The notes: a model not told the origin generated them from the sequence alone. Numbered from the stretch's first letter, positions 51,833 through 64,000 are shown. The stretch: DNA of 64,000 bases from Kudoa neothunni (GCA_964304625.1 OZ199838.1:9203245-9267244), one strand, 5' to 3'. A program made the numbers and translations.

Positions 51833-54800
51833 TTAGTTAGAATTATTATATCTCGTTTCATCAAAAAGAATCGCGGCCATCAGCGCCATTCTCACAAAAA
51901 CGCCATAACGGACTTGTCTAAAGTATGCCGATCTGGGGTCACTATCAATCGAACAGCTAAACGAAAGTTTTAGTCTCAGATAATAACACATATGGATACT
52001 GGATTTCATCTACACGAGGCAATGGATGCAAAACGACCATGTTGGATTTGGCTTTAGTTAGAAGCTTATCGTCGATTGTGAAACAACCTTTGTGTTTGTT
52101 GTATTCGTCCTCAGAGGAGAACCTTTCTTTTTGGATACGAGTCATGTATAGAACATCACATTTGGATATCACATCGTCAATATTGTCACACTCGATTTGT
52201 TTGATTTGACTGTTCTGAGAAACATAATTTTTGATTTCCTGTGGCATAGCCAACTCTTTAGGTGAAACGTAGATCAGCGAATCTGTTTCATACTGAGTGA
52301 GTAGTTTAGCCAACGAATGTACTGTGCGACCATTTTTCAAATCTCCAACAAAAGCAATTCTCAATTTATTCACTGTACCTATTTCTTCTCGAATGGTGAA
52401 GCAGTCTAATAAGGCTTGCGATGGGTGTTCTCCAACACCATCACCTGCATTTATCACAGGTATTGTCATGAGAGAATTAGCCAACTTAATTGTACCAACT
52501 TTGGGATGTCGAAGAACCATAGCGTCAGCGAAACTAGAGAGAACTCGTAGAGTGTCTTCCAAAGTTTCGCCTTTGGTCATTGAGCTATCTGATGGGTTGA
52601 AGCACAACACACTACCACCAAGACGTTGTATTGCACTTTGAAACGATGACATTGTACGGGTGCTACTTTCGAAGAAGGCCAAAGAAATGACTCTACCGCG
52701 AAGGAGTGGTGGTACGACACCATTGGAATCGGTGATTTTTTGGAATTCAGATGCCAACTTAAACAAAAATCTCAGATGATCTCTGTTGCAAGCTTCGCTA
52801 CTCAGGAAACTTTTATTTTGAAAATTAATCCTGAAATTTGACCTTAAAAGTTGAATAATTCTCAATGATGAACCTTGGACAGTATCGATATTCATGTTGG
52901 ATGCGATGAATGCATTTTCAGACACATGACGGATTCGTAACGATGAATCATTATCCAAAGTGTTTTTATCAGTAATAATATTTTTTTTGTGCGTCTTGTG
53001 TGATTGCCACAGTTTTGAGTTGTCAACAGCCGAATCCTCCGCTGTAGTTTCGGCCCAAATTTTCGCGTTAATACCAAAACCTGGATCAACAAAAATTTTC
53101 CCTGCCACCATCACCATTCGACCTCTAATGAATACTCTCAACACTTTTGCACACACAACTTTTCCATCGAAAGGAGTCCAGCCTGCTTTAGTATATTGTT
53201 CACTGGACTTGATTGTGTACTCGGGCCCGAATTCGATATCCACAAAAGTTGAAGGTTGGTCCGTTAGGTGGAATATTCTCTTTGGATTGTCGTGCAACCT
53301 GATTACGATGTCCTCAATAGTTAGTCTGCCTTCTTTCACAGCAGTGAACAACAAAGGGAGCATGGTTTCAACACCTGGGAAGCCTGGAGGGGGCGAATCA
53401 CCATCTTTTTCCTCTAGCAAATGAGGTGCATGATCAGTGGCAAAGCAATCAATGTATTCGAGATTGGCCCATAAGGCATCCTGATCTTCCTTACTGTTTA
53501 AAGGTGGTTTCACTGTTTTTCTACCGTTGCAGCATGACGAAATGGGAGATATTGTCGAAATATCGAAATCTTCAGCGCACAAAAACAAATGATGAGGTGT
53601 AACCTCACAGGTGATTGGAAGTCCTTGCTGCTTGGCGATTCTGATCATGTTAATTTCCTCTTTGGTGCTGATGTGACAAATGTGGACTGGCTTTTTGTAG
53701 ACTGAAGCCAAAAAGAGAATAGCAGAAAGTGTTGCACCTTCCGCATGACACAAGATTGGCACTTTCCATCGTTCATCCCAATTCTCAAAGTGTTTAATCC
53801 ATTTCTCAAATGATGCCATTTTCAGAGTAGAAAAAGTGTCATTGAGATACATTTTCATACCGAATGAACGAGAAACCAGCTCGCTATTGATTACACAAAC
53901 GTTATTTTCTGTTGCACCAATGTAGAGACCAAAATCACAAAAAGTTTTTGAATTTGCTAATTTTTCAACCATTGACAACGTTTCCATATCAACAACTGGT
54001 GGGTGGGTGTTTGGCATACACAATACACAAGTAATGCCACCCATTATGGCGGCCTTAGTGCCAGTGGAGAAATCTTCTTTGTGCTCGCCACCGGGTTCTC
54101 TCATGTGTGTGTGGACATCAACAAGGCCTGGCAATCTTATGATATTTCCTGAAAGGATCGTATCAACTGTAGGATCCACAGTAAGTGAACAATGGTAATA
54201 TGCAAGTGATTTGGTAAACATTCTAATGTTATTTTTTTCAGTTATCAATGGTATCGAATAATCCACTGCGGCTCTACGAATTTGATAGCCAAGTGTGTCA
54301 AAGTTGGCATCGGACTTTAGGTAGTAATTCATTGGAACATTGATAATCAAGTCGATATGATGTTGCGTGAAGAATTTTTTAACATCAAACAAAAGCGAAT
54401 GTTGTCGGTGTTTGGACCTGATGCTACCATCTGTGTTAGTTGAGTCGGGTCGTTCATCCAACGAGAACACACCCTTTTTCATATTGATACCATGCTCTCG
54501 ATAGAAATCAACCGTGCCACTCGATCCGTACAAGGTGTAGCCATATTGTTGTAGTTGATAGAGAGACTCAACCAAGTCTAACTTGGTTTTATAAGGACCA
54601 ATAGAGACAAACACATGTTTCTTTTGTGGGATTTTAAACCCGGTAGAAACAAGAGCCTTCAGATAGGCGTCATAATGATTTTTACCAAAGCAAGCAACTT
54701 CGCCTGTGGATGCCATTTCAACCCCAGTTCTAACGTCTGCGTATGTGAGTTGTGAAAATGAAAACTGTGGCACTTTAACTGCCGCCCTTATTTTTGAATA

Positions 54801-57800
54801 ATCAAAAACTATCGGCTCCACGCTTATTCCAATGAAGATCTGGGTCGCAATAGCCATGAAATCGCAATTCAAAACTTTGGAAACGAATGGAAAAGATCTA
54901 GACACCCGCAAATTGCATTCAATCACTCTCAGTTGGTTGTTGGAAGCGATCAGCTGCAAATTGAAAGGACCAGACACATTAAGAGCCTCCGATATACCAA
55001 ATGTTATTCGATAGATCTCATCTAGAGTTTCGGTGTTAAGATTTTGCGGTGGTAACAGCAGAGACGCGTCACCAGAATGAGTACCAGCATTTTCTACGTG
55101 CTCAGAAACTGCTATGCAAATTATTTTCCCATTGGAAGCTACTGCATCCACGTCAATCTCCTTAGCATTCAAAATAAACTTTGTAATCACCACAGGATAT
55201 TCTTTGGAGACAGTGACTGCATTAGACAAATAGGACTTTAGTTCGTCATCATTTGAGGCAACATTCATAGCTGCTCCACTTAACACATACGAAGGACGTA
55301 CCAAACATGGATAACCAACTAGCTTGCAAAACTCCTTGGCTTCATCAAGTGTGGTCAACTCTTTCCATTCCGGTTGCTTAATACTGATACTGTCGATGAG
55401 GCGTGAAAATTTAAACCTGTTTTCTGCAGTGTCGATCATCTCGGGTGGAGTACCCAAGATATTGACACCTGCCCTGTGCAGTCCCATTGCAATATTATTT
55501 GGGAGTTGGCCGCCCATCGACAAAATTACACCAAACGGTTTCTCAAGTGCATATATATCTAGCACGACTTCCAATGAAATTTCGTCAAAATATAACCGAT
55601 CGCATTCATCATAATCTGTGCTCACAGTTTCAGGGTTAAAGTTTATCATAATGGGTTTCCAACCTTGACGTCTAAGCTCTTTGATACAGGAGACAGAACA
55701 ACAATCGAATTCGACACTACTTCCAATACGGTAGACACCGGAACCCAACACAATTATACTTTTTGAAATAGCTCCATTCTCAAATTTCACGTCATGTTCC
55801 TCAGAAACATAAGTTAAGTAGAGATAGTTGGTAGTTGCTATGTATTCGCCGGCAACGGTATCAATCTGACGAACAAATGGAGTGATTGAATTTTTATGAC
55901 GATAATTGCGAACGGCTACAGGTGTAGAACAGAAAATATCAGCCAACTGAATATCAGAGAATCCCAACTGTTTCAACTTTCTAATATATGACACTTCAAG
56001 CGAATCAAATGAAAAGTTCGGACTTTGTTCAAAGAGTTGTTTGGCTCGCTTCGAATGCTCCACAACATTTTTCATACGATAAAGAAACCATTTGTCGATT
56101 TTAGTTAAATTGTGGATATGCTCAATTGTTTGGTTAGCGTCTAACGCAGCTGCAACAAAAAATATTCTCATATCTGATGGATGACATAACTCGTCATCAT
56201 TAGGTGTAAGTCCAGCTCCATTAAAACCTGTGGCACCAACATCCACCATTCGGATTGACTTTTGTAGAGCCTCTTCAAACGAGCGACCAATTGCCATAAC
56301 CTCTCCAACACTTTTCATAGAGGTGCCAATTCGTGTGGAAATTTTTGAAAATTTACTCATATCCCATCTTGGCATTTTAATCACAACATAGTCTAAACTT
56401 GGTTCGAAACAAGCACTAGTCCAAAATTTTGTGCCATCAATCGATCCAGAAGTGGCAGTGTTGGCAAGATTAGGTAGTGAAACTCCAAGAGACAGCTTTG
56501 CTCCCACATAAGCTAGGGGATATCCGGTGGCTTTGGATGCCAAAGCAGAACTTCTTGATAATCGAGCATTCACCTCAATAATGTAATATTGTTTGGAATA
56601 CGGATCAAGCGCATATTGAATGTTACACTCACCAACAATCTTCAAATGACGTACCACCTTTATTGCTACTGCTCTCAGGGTGTGATAATCTGAATCGTCC
56701 AATGTCTGACTAGGAGCAATTACAATAGATTCACCAGTGTGAATACCAAGCGGATCAATATTTTCCATATTACAAACGGTTATACAGTTATCGTTCGCAT
56801 CTCTCACCACCTCATATTCCAATTCCTTCCAACCAATCAGCGATTTATCAATTATTATTTGCGGGGTGCACTGAAGAGCTGTTGACACCAATGATTCTAG
56901 TTGAGAGGGATTGCTTGCGAAGCCAGAACCTTTGCCACCAAGTGTGTAAGCGGCACGAATCATAACTGGATAATGGAGTTGCTCAGCGGCAGACAATGCT
57001 TCTTGAACGCTGGTAGCAGTGATACTTGGGGCCACAGGTTCGCCGATTTCTCTCATTTTATTGGCAAAAATCTGCCTATCTTCTGTCCAACGTATTGTCT
57101 CCACATTGGTACCCAATACGGTGACATTATATTTGGTTAAAATGCCCAAACGATCTAACTCTAAGCCACAATTCAAAGCGGTTTGTCCACCGAATGATAA
57201 CAATATCGCATCGGGACGTTCAAGCTCAATCACTTGAGTAACACATTCGGTGTTAACGGGCACAAGATAAACTGAATCAGCCAAACCGCGCGTAGTTTGA
57301 ACAGTTGCCACATTCGGATTCACCAATATAGTGTAAATGTTTTCTTCCTTCAGTGCTTTGATAGCTTGTGACCCTGAATAATCAAATTCACCAGCTTGGC
57401 CAATACACAAACCACCGGAGCCAAGTATTAAAACGCGTCTCTTATATTTCGTGTCTGTAGGCAACTGTTGCCATGCAAGAATGTTCTCTGGAACTTTGGA
57501 AAACACACCTCGACCACCAAGGCAATTTTTAAAAGTCTCCTCAAAATTTGGAATATTATTAGCGATCTTGTTATTCGATCGACGCGACTTTGTGTAAGAT
57601 GAGCACATATTCTCAAACACTGTGAACAAAAACTCAGAACCTCTGGGACCGGCAGAATGTTCTGGATGGAATTGGACAGAAAAATATGGAAGCGTTTGAT
57701 GATATATGCCTTCAACTGATTTGTCGTTAATATTTTGGTAGAGCATTTTCCACCTGCTGTCTACCAATGATGTATGTGGCGTTAGGGAAACGGCATATCC

Positions 57801-58791
57801 GTGATTTTGAGAAGTAATCACACAACTATTGCAGATGGTGTCAACACATGGTTGATTATGTCCACGGTTGCCATACATCATTTTATAGGTTGTGAAACCA
57901 GCCGCTAAACACAATATTTGATGCCCCAAACAGACGCCCATAATTGGGATGTCGATTTCGTTTTCAATAATTTTTCTAACATTCTCAACCAATGTCATGT
58001 AATCTTCAGGATCTCCAGGTCCATTACTCAGGTAGATCGCATCATATTTATGGGAGAGAATTTCATCCGTGAAATCATAGTTTAAAGGAACCATTCTAAT
58101 AGATATACCATTCTGGAGGAGATATTTCAATTGGCTGAATTTAATACCACAATCCACCACAAGAACATTCAATCCCTTGTCACACTTTGATTTATAATTG
58201 CAAATATCCTCGTTCATTTTAAGTTTTTGAAATCGTTTACTAATAGAATCCGGGCTGAGGACAGTTTGATCAACTTTATTATCAAAGCAGCTAGCATCAT
58301 TGTTGGAATGTGAGTCCAAAATAATCTTTCCTTTGGTGGTTCCTTTATCACGTAGATACTTGGTGAAACTTCTAGTGTCTATTCCTTCAATGCCAACAAC
58401 TTTATGATCAGTTAACCATTGGCTGAGAGATTTCCTGGAGAGATGATGACTTTCTTCGCCATTTGGAATGCACTGTGTCACCACTAGACCAGATACCCAC
58501 AGTCTGTTGGACTCGAAAAATTTAGGAAAACCATATTCATCCTTAAGTTCTTCATCTGGAACTCCGTAGTTACCAACTAACGGATAGGTCATAACTAAAA
58601 TCTGTCCAAAATAGGAAGGATCTGATAAAGTTTCAGAGTATCCAACCATTCCGGTCTGGAACACTATCAAGAGAACAATTTATAGGAATATGGCAGTTAT
58701 TAAGCCTACCAATTTCGCCACATGTATTGCCTACATATCCGAAGGGAGTTCCTCTAAATTCTTTCCCGTCTTCAAGCACTAATGTCGCCAT
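51833..58791 (-). CDS. CAD: CAD: glutamine-dependent carbamoyl-phosphate synthetase / dihydroorotase / aspartate transcarbamylase
   Basis: Exons 58791-58710, 58663-52000, 51956-51833; GATase CLGHQ and FHPE; CPSase [10 protein letters not shown] and [10 protein letters not shown]; DHOase DVHTH, KMY, TDHAPH; ATCase [16 protein letters not shown] and [11 protein letters not shown]. Confidence 0.98.
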
Positions 58792-60365
58792 AATTAAGCC
58801 ACCTTGCTTTCTAATCTTCGGAATAACTACAAAGTACTTAAAATTAAATGACAATGAATTCTGGTAGATTTTCGTCCTAGAACTTAGCTCATTTATTAGT
58901 TATTAGCCTGCGTAATAATAAAACTGTTTTTCCGAAACCGTCACAGTAGATTTGAAATAAAATATGGTTGATAAATTCGCGTAACCTTAAGAGCTTAACT
59001 GATTGTTATATTTAATCCTAAAATCTCTAGGTAGCACTTAAAAAAAATCCGGAAATTTCCTATTTATTATAAGGTTGTTAAATGTATGTATAATCTACAT
59101 TAGGTGTTATACACAAGTTTATAGAAGAGAGACATCTTAAGTTCATTACACTGGTCCTATCCTCTAAAAAATAGTCACGCGTTAAGTATTAAGTTTAATG
59201 CAGATTTCAATTCCAACTCTGGCCTGTAAATACTCCGTTTGGTAGAGATTCCATTAGAATCAATATTAAAATTGAACAATTGCAATATTTACGATTTCAC
59301 TAATATAGCGGAATTATGAAAGAGTAAAGAAAGATATTCACATTAAGAACTCACCTATAGCTACTTATTATTCTTGTGACGAACATCGAATTAAATATTA
59401 AATATTTATTTAACAAACACAACGTTTTCTCTCAAATTAGATCCTAGTTATTTGTTCACACGGTAACTACATTACAAGATTAGCGTCATCACCTCATACC
59501 TGTGGAATAATGATGGAGTAGGAAAAATATCCACTTTTACAAAAGCATGCGACCCACAACAGGACTTTGCATTGTGACCCTTGAACGATTTGATACGGTT
59601 GTCCAAAAATAAACTTTCACGCGTGCACAAACGGACTTTAAGTTTTGGAGCTACAATGTCATCAATTTATTATTGTGTGATTTCGAAGTTTTACATCGAC
59701 CTGAGATACACTGCGATGTAAATAAATTAGGTTAAAAATTTGTGGCTAATGTGAAGTGTATGCATGTTGCGGGGGCGCCATATGTCGTAAACCTTCGTGT
59801 ACATGTTATGGTTTAGGATTAAATAATTGGGCTAATTGTATGCTTGTTTTTAGTAAAGTGCATTGATATTAGCAAAATCGAATTATTTGGTACGACCAAC
59901 ATTCGTCGACGCGTGCGTATTGACTGATTTAAATCCTTATAAAATTTGATTATTTTTTTTAAAAAATAGACAACTAAACAAATATATAATGCATAAAATC
60001 AAATTAAATTATAAATTATGATATATATATATATATACAAATCACGACTGGGGTCATTTTCGACGTTAGAACCATAAAAATAATACATTTCCAAACAAAT
60101 TTCTAAAAATTCTTCCCTACTGTGTCACAGCGGATTCTCCGATGCCTAATTGGGAAGCGCCGACCTAACGTAGAAAAATTTGATCTCAGCTAAATCTTCA
60201 TCAAAATTATTTTATTTGTATACACAAAAGTTATTTTTCAATAATATCACAATTTTTGAAATAAAATTATTGGTCTCTGCAGTAGCAATATAAGTCAGTC
60301 TTGCACATCAGGCTCACGAAGAGACCAACCGCGCACGCAGCAGATTCTCGTGGTCATCCTCGGAA

Positions 60366-60898
60366 ATGTCGCAACGTCTTACACTCCGTAGAAAACTCTC
60401 ATATAACACACGCTCTAATAAGAGAATAGCGTAACCAAAATTTTTGACGTTATGCATTGTAATTTACATATTTAGCACAAAGACACCAGGTATGTCTCAG
60501 TAGAGTGAGACTAGTTCGGTTATTGTTGTATTATTAGGTCAGAAATTGGTGTATTTGTATTCAAAGAAGAAATCATCCCCAGTCAAATGTGGTGATTGTC
60601 ATTGTACTCTTCAAGGAGTAAGTCTTATACGTTCAAATGGTTGTTTTGACGTAGTGTGTGTTGTAGGTTGTGGTGAGAAGACCATGCAAAATGAGATCCA
60701 TCTCCAAACGCCAAAAAACTGTCACAAGAGCATACGGAGGTTCGCGTTGTGCACAATGTGTAAAGCAAAGGCAATTTTTTGTTACTAATTTTACATCGTT
60801 TTTATCTAATCATCATCTACTGTTATAATAGAATCCTCCGTGCATTTTTCATGGAAGAATATGCTTTGGTGAAATTGGCCACATCCAAAGTTAAATAG
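60366..60898 (+). CDS. RPL34: 60S ribosomal protein L34 (eL34)
   Basis: Exons 60366-60430, 60476-60489, 60538-60617, 60667-60770, 60832-60898; MSQRLTLRRKLSYNTRSNK..KTPG..CGDC..RAYGGSRCAQCV..RILRAF. Confidence 0.96.
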
Positions 60899-61037
60899 AT
60901 TAGTTTATGGTGTTAGTGTATCTCAATAACTTTGACTATTTGGGTGTGTGTGTTTGAGTTTAATTAACGTGTTTTTTAACTGCGTGCGCACAATTTCCTC
61001 TCGCGTATTACGATTAGGGTAAGCATAAGCAGTCACA

Positions 61038-61918
61038 ATGTCACTCCTATTAGACGGTGAACGTATATCTGGACAAGAGGTGCGCAATCAGAATGGTATA
61101 AAATTTATTACAAGTGTAAGTTAGTGATGTTATAATGTAGTTATGGCTTCAGTTGCTATTGCAAACATTGTTAAAAGCTCACTGGGACCAGTTGGGTTGG
61201 ATAAGATGTTAGTGGATGACATTGGAGTAATGCTTTTTGGGTGATTGTTGTCATGACGATATTTGTTTTTACAGGATGTTACTATAACAAACGATGGCGC
61301 AACTATATTAAATCTACTTGAGGTAGAACATCCTGCAGCGAAGGTGTTGTGCGAACTTGCCACCCTACAAGACCAAGAAGTAGGCGATGGAACCACCTCG
61401 GTTGTGATAATAGCTGCCGAGTTGTTGAAAACAGCCAACGAACTTACTAAAAATGGACTTCATCCTACCACCATTATTAATGGATATCGTATCGCTTGTA
61501 AGGAGGCATGTCGATTTATAAACGAAAAATTATCGGTGAAATCGTCCAAATTGGATAACAGCTACCTTTTGAACATTGTCAAAACGTCGATCTGTTCTAA
61601 AGTGATTGGCAGTGAGGCTGATTTTTTCGCCAAGCTCATAGTGGATGCTGCCAATTGTGTCAAAAAAACGGTCAACAACAAAATCAAATGTCCCATCAGC
61701 GCTATAAATATACTCAAATCACATGGTGGTCGTATGACCGACACTCAGCTGATTCAAGGCTATGCTATCAATTGTGTGGTTGCAGCTGACGGTATTCCAA
61801 AAAAAATTCACCACGCAAAAATCGCCTTTCTTGAATTTGGACTCCAAAAAATGAAAATGAATCTCGGTGTACAGGTTTTAGTTTCTGACCCAGAAAAGCT
61901 TGAGGCTATTCGTGAAAA
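61038..61918 (+). CDS. TCP1: T-complex protein 1 alpha (CCT1), first three exons only
   Basis: Exons 61038-61095, 61141-61226, 61275-61918; KSSLGPVGLDKMLVDDIG, TNDGATIL, EVGDGTTSVV, DPEKLEAIR; the rest of the gene was not found in the window. Confidence 0.95.
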
Positions 61919-62349
61919 GTAATTTTTTATTAAGAAATCTTCGCCATTTTCTATTAAATTAAAAATTTTTTTGCTACTTGTTTCACTGATTTATTGTAAT
62001 TTGGTGGTGAAATTAGGTCGGAGCAATCGTTTTATTAAGCGTGCACTTAATCTTTGTTTGGCACAAATCTTATTTTTAGATTCGTTCGCGCGTTTAATTT
62101 ATACTTATTAAAGCTGCTTTTGGTAATCTCATCGGCACTTTTATCGATTAAACGCTTAAAATAGCTTCTCTGTCAGTTTTGTGGGTGGAAAATTTTATTC
62201 TACAATGTAGTTGTATCATGATTATGATTCGAGGTAAATTAAGTGGAACTTTTTTGCGTTAATTGTTGAGAATTAACTTTAAAATCGTATGCAGCCATTG
62301 AATGTACGCAACAAATTGATAAGGTTGATAATATTTACAAATGAGAATT

Positions 62350-63753
62350 CAGTTTAATTATGCCTTGTTAATGAGACAATAAAGCAATGTTTTCAGAGTT
62401 GGTACGTTTAAGGTCAACGAGTTTTGAGATAGAATTATTATAAGTGCATGTAACACAATGAGATAATGTGTTAGAAGACATGATACAAAGTATCTGTTCA
62501 TATCCCTCAAATAACTCAAAAGTCAAAATGAATATGACGGATTACAATAATTATTCGGCATCGAGCATCAGATTATATTGTATCCCTATTGCATAAGATG
62601 GCTATCACTTGAGCAAGTTATTCATAAAATGCTGGACGGATAGACAGTTCTCACGTTTCTCAAGGTTGGGCCATAAGAAAACAGGGCTAAACCCGCACCT
62701 AAAATATTTGCATCTCTATTTAAATCCGTACATAAAATGTACTATGCTTTTTTAACTTTTTCTTACCTATATTCAATAAATTCACAGTCGAATCACAATA
62801 TGAGAGCTTAAATTGCATAAACTAAGGAATTCCTTGAGAAATATTATAAAAATATGTAATTATTTTTTGAAAAGTCTGATCAAAAAATAACACCTTGTGG
62901 AGCTTAAATCTTAAATACCCCTTAAATTATATTCATCCGGTAAGTTTTATTATGGGTCAAAAGTAAAATCAGGTTAGAATAAAGATACTACTGGAATAAG
63001 TACTCAAGATCTTGTTTGCTTTCTTAACAAATCTCTGGATCTCCATTTATTTCTGACGAAACAGATATTTCAAAGGTTTTTAAACATCGCAAAATTTATG
63101 CCAATACAGTTATTTGAAGCAATGCTTCCTGCAAATGTCAATGAAGGAAAACCCCTCTCAAAGAGATTTCCAATTATTATTGTTGAAGATGAGTATTTAA
63201 ATTTGGATAGTTAATAGATAGAACTTAACCCGTAATACAACGGTCATTTCATTTAAAATGATCCAAAGAAATATTGGTATGTGGTAACAAATGAAGGAAG
63301 AGGAGAAACATTTAAGTATCGATTACTGTCAAAATTAATGCTGTCTTTACTTGCTTCGTATCATTCGTGTTGATCGGCTGACAGATTATGTTCATTAGCG
63401 AATAAAAACAAAGTTAAAACAGATTTATATTTGGAGATGAAACAATAAATGCTCTACTATATACTCAGTGTTTACTAAGAGACGCCTGTTGCATGAGATG
63501 GAATCCATGTGACCAATTGACTCAAACGATGGAAAAAATGGACCAATATGATAAGGACAGTGATAATGAATTAATATTTTGATATAGAAATAGATCCTAT
63601 CAACTATTTTTTCTGTTTCGATTAGTTTAATGTTGATAGAATTATATTATTTGTATTATTTTTGAAATATTGTACCTTTTTTTAAATTTTAGTGCGATTT
63701 TAAATTTGTTGGTACTATTCGGCACGATTTAAAAAAATCGTCTGGCAACCCTG
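62350..63753 (+). mobile_element. hAT transposon relic inside the presumed TCP1 intron
   Basis: KYRLLSKLMLSLL...SADRLCS resembles the hAT C-terminal dimerisation motif; right terminus TGGCAACCCTG ends at 63753; left boundary approximate. Confidence 0.55.
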
Positions 63754-64000
63754 GTGAGAAAGTTTATAATCTTAAAAAATTAGCCTATCTTAAATTCCTG
63801 AAAACAATTAAAGATTTCTCAACAAAATTATTCCAAAACGATAATATGAGTACAAATTCACGGGATTAATATATTTAGAGGTTCGTTTTCATTGAGTTTA
63901 GTTGGAAAGGGGCCCTTGAACCAAAAAGACTGAGAATCATTGCATTGAAGATGTTGTCACGTGATAGTTAATTTTAACACCTTATATTTAACTAGTTTTA

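Noticed and set aside
51957-51999. ORF-track CAD C-terminus [14 protein letters not shown]
   Set aside because: Read-through into a 43-nt intron; the true end is [15 protein letters not shown]...NSN.
52297-57237. Plus-strand ORFs inside CAD (also 25439-25783, 47911-48357 and 61130-61438 opposite other genes)
   Set aside because: Antisense shadows of real coding exons with no motifs of their own.
59735-59770. U2 snRNA-like TGGCTAA...AAGTGTA
   Set aside because: Lacks the GUAGUA branch-pairing sequence, stem I and an Sm site.
1-64000. CRISPR array, rRNA or prokaryotic operon
   Set aside because: No regularly spaced repeats or rRNA-length similarity; the genes carry spliceosomal introns.

Overview
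AT-rich eukaryotic nuclear DNA with two kinds of territory: compact islands of housekeeping genes with very short introns (mostly about 37-61 nt), and stretches of nested, decayed DNA transposons. Genes assembled by hand: an amidase-signature (FAAH-like) hydrolase, RPS11, a FAF2/UBXD8-like UBX protein, RFC5, a USP30-like deubiquitinase, an SLC3A-like type II membrane protein, a multi-TM orphan, trifunctional CAD, RPL34 and the 5' half of TCP1/CCT1. Mobile DNA: Merlin/ISXO2, MULE, piggyBac, Tc1/IS630-like, pogo/Tigger-like, hAT relics and MITEs, and non-autonomous Helitrons. No retroelement was recognised. Fused CAD with an intact DHOase, divergent proteins and tiny introns suggest a highly derived animal, possibly a myxozoan-like parasite (inference only). 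Best leads: (1) a candidate box H/ACA snoRNA just 3' of the RPS11 stop, possibly in a 3'-UTR intron, with a guide matching a conserved LSU rRNA motif; (2) CAD with one 6.66-kb exon and only two terminal mini-introns; (3) three- and four-level transposon nests with readable target-site duplications; (4) a spliced-looking orphan transcript upstream of CAD whose 10-nt micro-exon fills a hairpin loop. All splicing, alignment and folding was done by eye, and no database search was run.
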